A stretch of DNA of 64,000 nt, taken from Trueperaceae bacterium. Lineage in GTDB: Bacteria; Deinococcota; Deinococci; Deinococcales; Trueperaceae. Made by a program: the position numbers and the translations under genes. Each line of letters begins with the position of its first letter. Position 1 is the first letter of the stretch. Shown here piece after piece: positions 10,696 to 19,893 of this stretch. The notes under the pieces are model-generated. The model was not told the origin of the DNA, made no database searches, and saw only the letters and a program-made list of their open reading frames with translations. Location of the stretch: NCBI GenBank assembly GCA_965213925.1, contig OZ243927.1:1184001-1248000 (forward strand). The letters are read 5' to 3'.

Positions 10696-10983
10696 TTAGT
10701 GCGGGGCTCTGGCGTGCTGAGGTCTGTGACGCGGCGCGCTCTTGGCTGCGTTACTGGTCAAATAGAAGAGGTCTGCAAGCTCCATATTGATGTTGAGCAG
10801 CTCTTTATCTCTAGGACCGCGGCGCAGCCGCTCTTTGCATGAGCTGACCTTCTGAGCGATGCGTTCGCCCTCGTTCGCGCCGTAGCGCCGCCCCGGTAGG
10901 GGTTGCAAGCGGCCTTCGATGCGCTCGATGAGCCCATAGGCTGCGCCCCTATGTTGTTCCCTTTGGTGCTTCGAAAGTTTCAT
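10696..10983 (-). CDS. Hypothetical protein
   Basis: 95-aa ORF with GAGG RBS upstream; no recognised motif. Confidence 0.4.
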   Translation of the reverse strand: MKLSKHQREQHRGAAYGLIERIEGRLQPLPGRRYGANEGERIAQKVSSCKERLRRGPRDKELLNINMELADLFYLTSNAAKSAPRHRPQHARAPH

Positions 10984-11629
10984 GTATGAGTACCTCGTTA
11001 ATCTTTATAACAATATTATCATGACAAACTTCTTACGTAAAGAGGTTAAAGCACGCAAACGCACCAAAATGGAGTCCGCATAAGCGTGTCAGCCAGAGCG
11101 AGTTTCTTTCGTCTACGACAGCACTGATGAAAAAAAGGTGCGTTTGCGAGGTGTTTAAGGTCGCGCGAGCGCTCTAGCTAAAACTACGTTGCTCGAGGAC
11201 GTCTACATCAACATTGCCGACAGATGAACTGACCCCACGGCGATAGAGCCTTTGTCGTAGCGGCGTGTCACTACTCAGACACGCTTTTTTGAACCACCAG
11301 AACAACTGAATCTAAAACGTAACGCTGGCGGAACGGGCGTTTGAGAACAATGTGAAACAGAGGTTAGACATGAGGCGCTCGCCGCTAGGGAGTGCGGCGA
11401 GCCATCATGACGTCCTCGCTGTCAATTGCGCTATAGGTGGCTCTTCACACAGCCACAAGGAGCGCGACAAGGCAGCAACGCCCACACATAGGAGGTTCTT
11501 AAAACTACGTCTCGCTACGCCTTTTCCTTCTTCACAAGAGGCTACGTTTTGCCTGAGTGTCACCTTCCCACGGTCCGCTTCCTAGTGACCCAAGGCGCTC
11601 ACGCACCACTCAACAGTACAGGAGTTTAG

Positions 11630-13900
11630 ATGAGAAATACCAACCCTACAAAAGCCTTGACCTTCGCGTTAGGCTTTCTCGCGCTGTTCGTCTTAGCAGC
11701 TTGCTCGGACGTCGCGTTGCGGGAGCCAGGCGTCGCCATCGAGGTGCAAGCCATCGCCGACGAGGTCGATACGGTGACCCTCGAGGTCAACGGTCAGGTC
11801 CTCTCGAAAGACGCCACGAGCGGCTCCGTGACCTTTAGCCTTAAAGACCTTCCGCTCGGTCAAACGACCTTCACGGCGCGCGGTTTAGACGGCGACATCG
11901 TGCTCTACAAGGCGAATAAAACCGTCAACCTCGTCGCCAACCAGCCTCCGGTGTCTTTGACCATGAGCCGCATCAGCAGCAGCGTCACGGTCGACGCTAA
12001 GGTTGCGAGCGGCGCGGCGCTGAGCGACGACGAGGTCGTCGTCGCGAAGGTCGCGGGTGGGCTCACACAGCGGCTGGTCGTCAGTGGTGACGGCAAGAGC
12101 GCAACGGGTACGCTCGCGGGCGTCCCAACGGGTATCAATACCCTTACCGTCAACGTGTACGAGGACATGACCTTAGCGACGTTGACGCGCCAAGGCAGCA
12201 CCGAAATCGCCCTTTCGGAGGACGACATCACCGTTCCGGTCGATCTCGTCTCGCTGACCTCGAGCCAAGTTGCGCCAGACGAGCCTGTTATCACCTTGCC
12301 CACGGAGCCTGTTGTCCAGGGCGAGGCGTTCGATATTTCCGTTCAGGTGAATGACGCCAACGGCGACCCCTTGAGCGTGAAAGTCATCTGGGGTGACGGC
12401 AACGTCAGCGCGCCTAAAACGGCCAACGACCCTTACAGCGCGCCTCTGACGTTCACGCACACCTACACAGCGCCAGACACCGAACAAGACATTACGGTTA
12501 TCGTTGATGACGGCGCGCTTAGCGCTCAGGACACGAAAACTGTTCAAGTCACTATTCCCGCGGACGACACCACCGACGTGGACGTCATCATCGACACCGA
12601 AGAGCTGAGCACCGTGACGCTCACCGTGACGGACGTGCCGGCGAGCGCCAAGCAGGTCCAAGCCGTGATCACGCCAGCCAGCGACGCTGAACTCACCTCG
12701 CTCGACCTCAAAGACGAATACGTGGTTGAACTCGTTCCCCAAGGCGGCGGCACCTGGAGCGCGACGGTCGGGTTGCCCCAGAACGTCACCTATAGCGCAA
12801 CGACGAACGCGCTCGACGAGAACGGCGCGGTTATCGCCTCGAACGAAGTGACCTTTACGCCCACTGAGAAGACGACGAACGTTTCCTCGGTCCTCACTGA
12901 CGGTTCGGGCGGCACAGGCGACGACAACGCCGACCCCGTTGCAAACGCCGGAGCCGACAAGACCGTCACCGACAGCGATAAAAGCGGTTTCGAAAGCGTG
13001 ACCTTAGACGGCTCTAAAAGTGCAGACAGCGACGGCAGCATCGTCAGCTACACGTGGAGCGCAAACGGCGTGAGCATCCCGGCGGGCGCGTCCACCTCGG
13101 CTGACTTCCCCGTGGGCAGCACGACGGTTACGCTCACCGTCAAAGACGACGACGGCGCGACCGATACCGACAAAGTCATCATCACCGTCAAAGCGCCCGC
13201 TGTGCCAGACAACAAAGCCCCTACCGCCGACGCCGGGTCGGATAAAACCGTCACCGACAGCGACGACAACGGCTCTGAGAGCGTCACGCTAGACGGCTCT
13301 GGTAGCTCCGACGACGACGGCACGATCAGCTATAGCTGGAGCAAAAACGGCAACGAGATTGCCACAGGCGCGAAGCCTACGGTAACGCTCGGCGTCGGCA
13401 CGCACACCGTCACCTTGACCGTCAAAGATGACGACGGCGCGACCGACACGGATACCGTAACGGTCACTGTGAAAGCAGCGCCGGTCAGCACCGCGCTCGC
13501 CATCGTACCCGTAAGCACGACCTGCAGCAGCGCCACGAAGGTCGGCGACGCCTGCACCATCTCCGTCGCGCTGAAGAACTATGACGGAGAGTTCTACGGC
13601 TTCGATTTCGGCTTTAGCTTCAGCAACGACAACTACAGCTTGGATTTAGTGACTAAAGGCGCGAACTTAGGTGGCTCATGGTCAGTCTTAGGGTTTACCT
13701 CAGTTTCGGGTGCCAGCTTGAATCCCGCCACGGGAGACGGAGAAATCGCCGTGTTCAACGTGACTAAAGACAAGGCTGGCAGCACGTCATTCGCTACGAT
13801 CATCGACCCCGACCTCCACTTGCTGAACCCTAACGGAAACCCGTTTAGCGGAGCGCCGGTCATCAGGAATATCGAAGCCGGAACCATCAACCTTCCGTAA
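11630..13900 (+). CDS. Lipoprotein with Ig/PKD repeats and C-terminal cohesin-like domain
   Basis: Lipobox LAAC; WGDG PKD motif; two PxAxAGxD...LDGSxSxDxDG...LTVKDDDG repeats; C-terminal all-beta domain with GFDFGFSF and GDGEIAVFNV. Confidence 0.8.
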   Translation: MRNTNPTKALTFALGFLALFVLAACSDVALREPGVAIEVQAIADEVDTVTLEVNGQVLSKDATSGSVTFSLKDLPLGQTTFTARGLDGDIVLYKANKTVNLVANQPPVSLTMSRISSSVTVDAKVASGAALSDDEVVVAKVAGGLTQRLVVSGDGKSATGTLAGVPTGINTLTVNVYEDMTLATLTRQGSTEIALSEDDITVPVDLVSLTSSQVAPDEPVITLPTEPVVQGEAFDISVQVNDANGDPLSVKVIWGDGNVSAPKTANDPYSAPLTFTHTYTAPDTEQDITVIVDDGALSAQDTKTVQVTIPADDTTDVDVIIDTEELSTVTLTVTDVPASAKQVQAVITPASDAELTSLDLKDEYVVELVPQGGGTWSATVGLPQNVTYSATTNALDENGAVIASNEVTFTPTEKTTNVSSVLTDGSGGTGDDNADPVANAGADKTVTDSDKSGFESVTLDGSKSADSDGSIVSYTWSANGVSIPAGASTSADFPVGSTTVTLTVKDDDGATDTDKVIITVKAPAVPDNKAPTADAGSDKTVTDSDDNGSESVTLDGSGSSDDDGTISYSWSKNGNEIATGAKPTVTLGVGTHTVTLTVKDDDGATDTDTVTVTVKAAPVSTALAIVPVSTTCSSATKVGDACTISVALKNYDGEFYGFDFGFSFSNDNYSLDLVTKGANLGGSWSVLGFTSVSGASLNPATGDGEIAVFNVTKDKAGSTSFATIIDPDLHLLNPNGNPFSGAPVIRNIEAGTINLP

Positions 13901-13996
13901 AGAACACCTTAAACCCTCCGAACCCTTACGTTTCATCTAGCACGCCGCGCACACCGAATAGAGAGGTCTATTCGGTGTGCGCGACGAAAGGAGTCT

Positions 13997-16900
13997 ATGT
14001 CTCACCACCTTTCACCTCGCTCCTTGAGAGCCTCCTTGAGCTTTCTCGGCCTTCTCCTCCTCCTCGTCGCCTGCGGTCGGGGCGGACCTTCTGGGGAGTA
14101 CCTGACGACCTACTTCGAAGTGCCAGCAGGCACCGCCGCCTTAGACGCCACCTTGAGCTATGACCCAGCAGCCCTCGAGTACCTAGGCGCAGCCTCAACC
14201 CAAGAGCAGGTCATGGTCGAAGCGAACGCCCACGCCGAGCGCGTCAAGCTCGCTAGCATCACCCTCAGCCCCGAAGGAAAACGCCTCGCCTTCGTGACCT
14301 TCAAGGTCAAACAGGGCGGCAGCGAGCCTAGCTTACAAAGCGCCTCTGCCTACACCTCAGCAGGCACGCCTCTAGGCAGGGTCACCGTGCGCAGCGAGCG
14401 CAGCGAACAAGACCTCGCCGCAAACTACCGCACCCCTGCAAGCCTCACCTCGCAAGCGGTGTCCGCACAAGACTTAGACCTCCAAGCCTCCTTCGCCGAA
14501 CGCTTACTCGGCGACGTCATTCCCGATAACGACAGCAACCCCAGCAACGACCTCAACTCGGTGGACGCCTTAGGCGTCTTGCAGCTCGCAGCAGGTGCAC
14601 TCAGCGCGCCAAGCGACCTGCAGCTCTACCTCGCCGACCTCGACACGAGCGGCACGGTCAACTCTATAGACGCACAAATCTCGCTGCTTAAAGCAGCGGA
14701 CGGCGACCTCGACGCCACCTTGCGGGCGACGCCTGACGCCTTACAACTCGAAGTGGGCGAGACCGGGCTGATCTTAGCGGGCAACGCGGGCAACGCGCCC
14801 TTGACGCTCGCTCTGCCGCAGGTGGACGGTGTGACGATCACGCAAGTCGGAGGCATTGCGAACCAGACGGCGGCTTATGAAGTGACGCCTGGTAGCGAAG
14901 CGAAGAGTGGGCTGATTGTGCTTGATGCGGGGAGTGCGGGGCGTAGAAGCGTCGGGCTACTCGTCAGCGGCGAGCCCATGCCAACTTTTGAACCCATCCG
15001 CATCAACGCGGGTGGCAAGCAGTATACGGACACCTCTGGAAACATTTGGAGCGCTGACCAGCACTTTAACGGCGGCCAAAATTGGCCCTCTACGCCCAAA
15101 AACGAGCCTATCGCGAACACCGAAAACGACGAACTCTATCAGACCGAGCGTAGCGCCAGCAAAGACCTGGGAACGTTTAGCTACGACATCCCTGTCGGCA
15201 GCGGCAGCTACACCGTCAAGTTGCACTTCGCCGAAATCTATTTTGGCGCGACCAACAGCCCTAGTGGACCCGGAGGCGCGGGCAAGCGCGTTTTTAGCGT
15301 CGATATTGAAGGTCAGAGTGACCTCTCCGGCTACGACATCAACGCCGACGTAGGACCGTCCACGGCGGTCGTTAAGACCTTCCCGAACGTGTCCGTCACG
15401 GACGGAGCCCTATCTCTGGACTTCTCTGCCAGCGTCAACCGCCCCAAAATCTCCGCTATCGAAATTCTCTCGGCAGAACCGACACCCGGCAAGCTCAGCG
15501 CTTCGTCCTCGAGCCTGGACTTCGGCTCTGTTGTCACGGGCAGCAGCAAAACCCAGAGCGTAACGCTGACGAACCTAGGCGAGTCGGGCGACACCAGCAT
15601 CGCTATCTCGAGCGTGTCGGTCGGTGGCGCGTTCAGCACCGACTTCGCTTCGACCACACTCGCCCCGGGCGCGTCGACCTCGTTCGACGTGACCTTCGCC
15701 CCGACTTCGACCGGAAACCAAAGCGCGCAGCTTAAAGTCGTTCACGACGCCCCCAACACGGCTTCGCCGATTACCATCACCCTCTCGGGCGAAGGCGCGA
15801 GTGACAGCGTCCCGACCGAGCCTTCCTTTAACTCGAGCGGTCTCGCAGGTGAATCCTCTAGCAATCCGACCTCGCTGCAGTTCGGTCCCGACGGCCGCCT
15901 CTACGTCGCGCAGCAGAACGGCACGATCTACGCCTACACCGTCGAGCGAGACGGCGCTAACGACTACAAGGTCGTCGATACCGAAGCGATCAACCACATC
16001 AAAAACATCCCTAACCACAACGACGACGGCACGAACTCGGGCGTGAATAACCGCCAAGTGACAGGGATTTACGTCACCGGCACGGCGAGCAACCCGGTGC
16101 TTTACGTCTCCTCGAGCGACCCCCGCATCGGCGCGGGCTCGGGTGGCGGCGACAAAGGGTTAGACACCAACTCCGGCGTCGTCTCACGCCTCACCTGGAC
16201 GGGCTCGAGCTGGTCGCATGTAGACCTGGTCCGCGGTCTGCCCCGTTCCGAGGAGAACCACGCCTCGAACGGCCTCCAACTTGACGAGGTCAACAACATC
16301 CTCTACCTGGCGCAAGGCGGTCACACCAACGCGGGCGCGCCCTCGAACAACTTCGCCTTCTCGACGGAGTACGCGCTCGCTGCCGCGATCCTCTCTATCG
16401 ACCTAAACGCTATCGGTAACACCACCTACGACCTGCCGACTTTGGACGACCCGACGCGCGATAACCTCGCGGACGGCTCCGACCCCGGCGACCCCTTCGG
16501 CGGCAACGACGGGCTCAACCAAGCCAAGCTCGTGCCTGGCGGTCCCGTGCAGATTTACTCGCCCGGCTACCGCAACGCCTACGACTTAGTCATCACCCAA
16601 GCGGGCCGCATGTACACCGTGGACAACGGCGCGAACGGCGGCTGGGGCGGTCATCCGGCGGGCGAAGCGGACGTTCCGAATGAAACGACGATCGGCAGCT
16701 GCACCAACGAATACTTGAGCGGCGAGCCCGGCTCGAAAGGCACCGGACCTGGCGGCGACTCCAAAGTCAACAACAAGGACAACTTGCACCTCGTCACCGC
16801 CGACTTCTACGCGGGTCACCCCACGCCGGTGCGCGGCAACCCGACGGGCGCAGGTCTCTACCTCGACAACCCCTACTTCAAAGGCTGGTTAGAGCCCGGC

Positions 16901-19795
16901 GACGACAGGCTCCCCGCCGACTGGCCGCCCGTCCCTGCAGGCTACGCCAACGCCGCCGAGTGCGACTTCCGCAACCCTGGCGAGACCGACGGCGCACTCG
17001 CGACCTTCGGCGCGTCGACCAACGGCATCACCGAGTACACCGCCTCGAACTTCGGCGGCGCGCTTCAAGGCTCACTCCTCACGGCGAGCTTCGACGGCAA
17101 AATCTACCAAGCTGACCTCAACAGCGCGGGCGACAGCGCCGACATGTCGACCTTCGCCTCGGGCTTCGGCAGCCAACCCCTCGACGTGACCGCGTTGGGC
17201 GACGACGGTCCCTTCCCCGGCACGGTCTGGGCGGCGACCTATGGTGCGAACAACATCACCGTGTTCGAACCCGCCGACTACGGCACCACCTCGGGCGGCG
17301 GGAGTGGCGGGGGCGGCACCCTCGATCCGAACTGCCAGACGACCGCGGCGAACAACCTCAGCGGTGACGAGGACAACGACGGTTACAGCAACGGCGACGA
17401 GATCGACAACGAAACCAACCCCTGCAGCGGAGCCAGCAAGCCCGCCGACTACGACAACGACAAGGTCTCCGACGCCAACGACGCGGACGACGACAACGAC
17501 GGCATCGAGGACGTAAACGACGCCTTCGCGCTCGACGCGGACAACGGCACCGAGACGAGCCTCCCCTACACCAACGAACTCTTCAACGACCAGAGTATGG
17601 GCTTCTTCAGCACTGGCTTGACCGGTCTGATGACGAACGGCACGACGGACTACTTAGGGCAATTCGACCCGGTCGAACTCGTCGCGGGCGGCACCTCCGG
17701 GTTACTCACCGTCCAGTCGGTCACCGAGGGCGACAGCTGGCAGGGCAACAACACGCAAGACAACGCCTTCCAGCTAGGCGTCGACGTCAGCGAAGCGACG
17801 GGTCCTTTCACCGCGATGGTGCAGATTAACGGCGACTTCTTCGACAACGACGCGCCTAAGAACTACCAGTCACAGGGGATGTTCATCGGCACGGGCGACC
17901 AGGACAACTACCTCAAAGTGGTGCTGCGCGGCAACAACGGAACGAACGGTTTCCAGGTCGCGTTCGAAGATGGCGGCAACAACAAAGTCGACACCAAGAC
18001 CACCGTCGACGGTGTTTTAGACGCAGACAACATCCAACTCTACATCAGCGTCGACCCTGTCGCTGGCACCGCCCAGCCTAAGTACGCGCTTAATGGCGGC
18101 GCGGTAACTAACTTAGGTACGCCCATCACGCTCTCTGGCGACTTGCTGGACGCGGTCAAGGGCACCTATACGGTGAACGGCAAAGCCTCCGCGCTCGCGG
18201 TCGGCATCATCTCGACCTCGACGAACTCGGGCGACCCCTTCATCGCCACCTGGGACAAGATCATCGTCACAAAAGACGCGCCCCAAGTAGCGGCGAACCC
18301 GCAAGCGCTCGTCGAGGTGACACCTAACTCGAACAAGCTCGACGCCTCAACTTACGGCTCAAACTCCTTCAAGATCACCAACATAGGTGATACGAAGATC
18401 ACGAGCGTCACCTTCGACACGACCTCGGCCCTCTTCCCTGACCTCGCCTTCGACCCCGTCGGCGGGGCGGGGGACAAAACGGCGAAGTGCCTCACTAAAA
18501 ACGATGACGACGGCGTTGGTCTCTTGACCGACGCGCCGGGCGGCTCCTCGAGCGGCTGCACGGACGGCTTTAGCGGCGCGTTCGGTGGCGGCTACGCCGT
18601 GCTCACACTGGACTTCGGCGACTTTGAGCCAGGCGAGACCTTAGGCTTCTCCGTCGACATGGACCCGACCAGCACCAAGGGTAGCTCCTCGCCGGGTGCG
18701 AACCACGCGGGCAGCGTGTCGGGGTTGGAGCTTTCGGGCTCGAGCGTCACCATCACCTTCGCAAACGGCAGCACCTTGTCGGGCTCGCTCTTCGGGGACG
18801 GTACCCTAGCAGGCGCAAACGCGACAATCAAAGCCGACGCGCCCGCCAAACCAACGCTCAATACGTCGTTCACACCTAACGCGACGACCAGTGTTGCAAG
18901 TCAGACCGTCACCGTATCCGGTGTTCCTGCGGGCGCAACGGTCAAGCTCTTGCAAGTCGAGGGCGGTTTATTCGAGCAGACCAGCCCGGCGGTCTCCCTC
19001 TTCGACGTTGACGCTTTTGAAGCGAACAGTGCTGTAAAAGTGACGTACCTCTCCAAGAGCGCCTTCGGCGGCAGCGCGACGTTTAACGTCACGTTGAGCG
19101 AAAGCAGCGACGACTTAAATCCAAATAATGGTACGCCCTACAGCACCCAAGACATCGGGCTCAACCACTTCATCGCCGCGATTCAGGATGCCGACGGCGA
19201 CGTCAGCGTCACTTCTGATGTCAAGGTCGTGCGTTACGACCCGGCGACAGCCTCCTCACCGACTGTCCTCTACCGCGTGAACAACGGCGGCGCAGCCATC
19301 GCCGACGCGGAACTCGAGTGGTCAGCCGATCAGTCGGTTAGCAATACGGGGGGTGCGGCCTCTAAAGGCACGCCCTCGCCCTACCTCGATTTGAGCACGG
19401 GTTTCGATAAAACCTACGGTCCCAACTCCTTCACCATCGACAACAGCACCGGAGCACCCGACACGCTCTTCGCCACCGAACGTTACAGCGACGCAGCGAA
19501 CCCCAACAACATGCACTGGGACTTCCCGGTGAGTAACGGAACCTACGAAGTGCGCCTCTACTTTGCCGAGAACTGGTCCGGGGCGGCGAAAGCCGGCGTG
19601 CGTGTGTTCGACGTAGAAGTCGAAGGTGCGCTCGAGCTTGATGACTACGACGTCTACGTGGCGGCTGGCAACAGCATCAACAAAGCCGTCGTTGAAACCT
19701 TCAACGTAACGGTTTCGGACGGAAACCTGGACATCGACTTTATCAAAGGCGCGCAAAACCCAGCCGTTAAAGGCATCGAGATCGTCAAACCCTAA
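13997..19795 (+). CDS. Large modular lipoprotein: cohesin-like + dockerin-like, malectin, Ig, beta-propeller, Asp-rich Ca-binding repeats, unknown domain, malectin
   Basis: Lipobox LVAC; RINAGG...LHFAEIY...KRVF malectin motifs (twice); NPTSLQFGPDGRLYV propeller; DxDNDG repeats. Confidence 0.85.
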   Translation: MSHHLSPRSLRASLSFLGLLLLLVACGRGGPSGEYLTTYFEVPAGTAALDATLSYDPAALEYLGAASTQEQVMVEANAHAERVKLASITLSPEGKRLAFVTFKVKQGGSEPSLQSASAYTSAGTPLGRVTVRSERSEQDLAANYRTPASLTSQAVSAQDLDLQASFAERLLGDVIPDNDSNPSNDLNSVDALGVLQLAAGALSAPSDLQLYLADLDTSGTVNSIDAQISLLKAADGDLDATLRATPDALQLEVGETGLILAGNAGNAPLTLALPQVDGVTITQVGGIANQTAAYEVTPGSEAKSGLIVLDAGSAGRRSVGLLVSGEPMPTFEPIRINAGGKQYTDTSGNIWSADQHFNGGQNWPSTPKNEPIANTENDELYQTERSASKDLGTFSYDIPVGSGSYTVKLHFAEIYFGATNSPSGPGGAGKRVFSVDIEGQSDLSGYDINADVGPSTAVVKTFPNVSVTDGALSLDFSASVNRPKISAIEILSAEPTPGKLSASSSSLDFGSVVTGSSKTQSVTLTNLGESGDTSIAISSVSVGGAFSTDFASTTLAPGASTSFDVTFAPTSTGNQSAQLKVVHDAPNTASPITITLSGEGASDSVPTEPSFNSSGLAGESSSNPTSLQFGPDGRLYVAQQNGTIYAYTVERDGANDYKVVDTEAINHIKNIPNHNDDGTNSGVNNRQVTGIYVTGTASNPVLYVSSSDPRIGAGSGGGDKGLDTNSGVVSRLTWTGSSWSHVDLVRGLPRSEENHASNGLQLDEVNNILYLAQGGHTNAGAPSNNFAFSTEYALAAAILSIDLNAIGNTTYDLPTLDDPTRDNLADGSDPGDPFGGNDGLNQAKLVPGGPVQIYSPGYRNAYDLVITQAGRMYTVDNGANGGWGGHPAGEADVPNETTIGSCTNEYLSGEPGSKGTGPGGDSKVNNKDNLHLVTADFYAGHPTPVRGNPTGAGLYLDNPYFKGWLEPGDDRLPADWPPVPAGYANAAECDFRNPGETDGALATFGASTNGITEYTASNFGGALQGSLLTASFDGKIYQADLNSAGDSADMSTFASGFGSQPLDVTALGDDGPFPGTVWAATYGANNITVFEPADYGTTSGGGSGGGGTLDPNCQTTAANNLSGDEDNDGYSNGDEIDNETNPCSGASKPADYDNDKVSDANDADDDNDGIEDVNDAFALDADNGTETSLPYTNELFNDQSMGFFSTGLTGLMTNGTTDYLGQFDPVELVAGGTSGLLTVQSVTEGDSWQGNNTQDNAFQLGVDVSEATGPFTAMVQINGDFFDNDAPKNYQSQGMFIGTGDQDNYLKVVLRGNNGTNGFQVAFEDGGNNKVDTKTTVDGVLDADNIQLYISVDPVAGTAQPKYALNGGAVTNLGTPITLSGDLLDAVKGTYTVNGKASALAVGIISTSTNSGDPFIATWDKIIVTKDAPQVAANPQALVEVTPNSNKLDASTYGSNSFKITNIGDTKITSVTFDTTSALFPDLAFDPVGGAGDKTAKCLTKNDDDGVGLLTDAPGGSSSGCTDGFSGAFGGGYAVLTLDFGDFEPGETLGFSVDMDPTSTKGSSSPGANHAGSVSGLELSGSSVTITFANGSTLSGSLFGDGTLAGANATIKADAPAKPTLNTSFTPNATTSVASQTVTVSGVPAGATVKLLQVEGGLFEQTSPAVSLFDVDAFEANSAVKVTYLSKSAFGGSATFNVTLSESSDDLNPNNGTPYSTQDIGLNHFIAAIQDADGDVSVTSDVKVVRYDPATASSPTVLYRVNNGGAAIADAELEWSADQSVSNTGGAASKGTPSPYLDLSTGFDKTYGPNSFTIDNSTGAPDTLFATERYSDAANPNNMHWDFPVSNGTYEVRLYFAENWSGAAKAGVRVFDVEVEGALELDDYDVYVAAGNSINKAVVETFNVTVSDGNLDIDFIKGAQNPAVKGIEIVKP
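14049..14953 (+). repeat. 905-bp direct repeat, copy 1 (N-terminal anchor cassette)
   Basis: Near-identical to 19931-20835 at offset 5882. Confidence 0.95.
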
Positions 19796-19893
19796 TTCAC
19801 GCCTAGAGACCGTTAGATAAGCTCGGCGGTCTCTACCTACAACCTCTACATTCGAAGCCAACCCACCTCGTTCATCTTCGTAAAGGAAAGACT

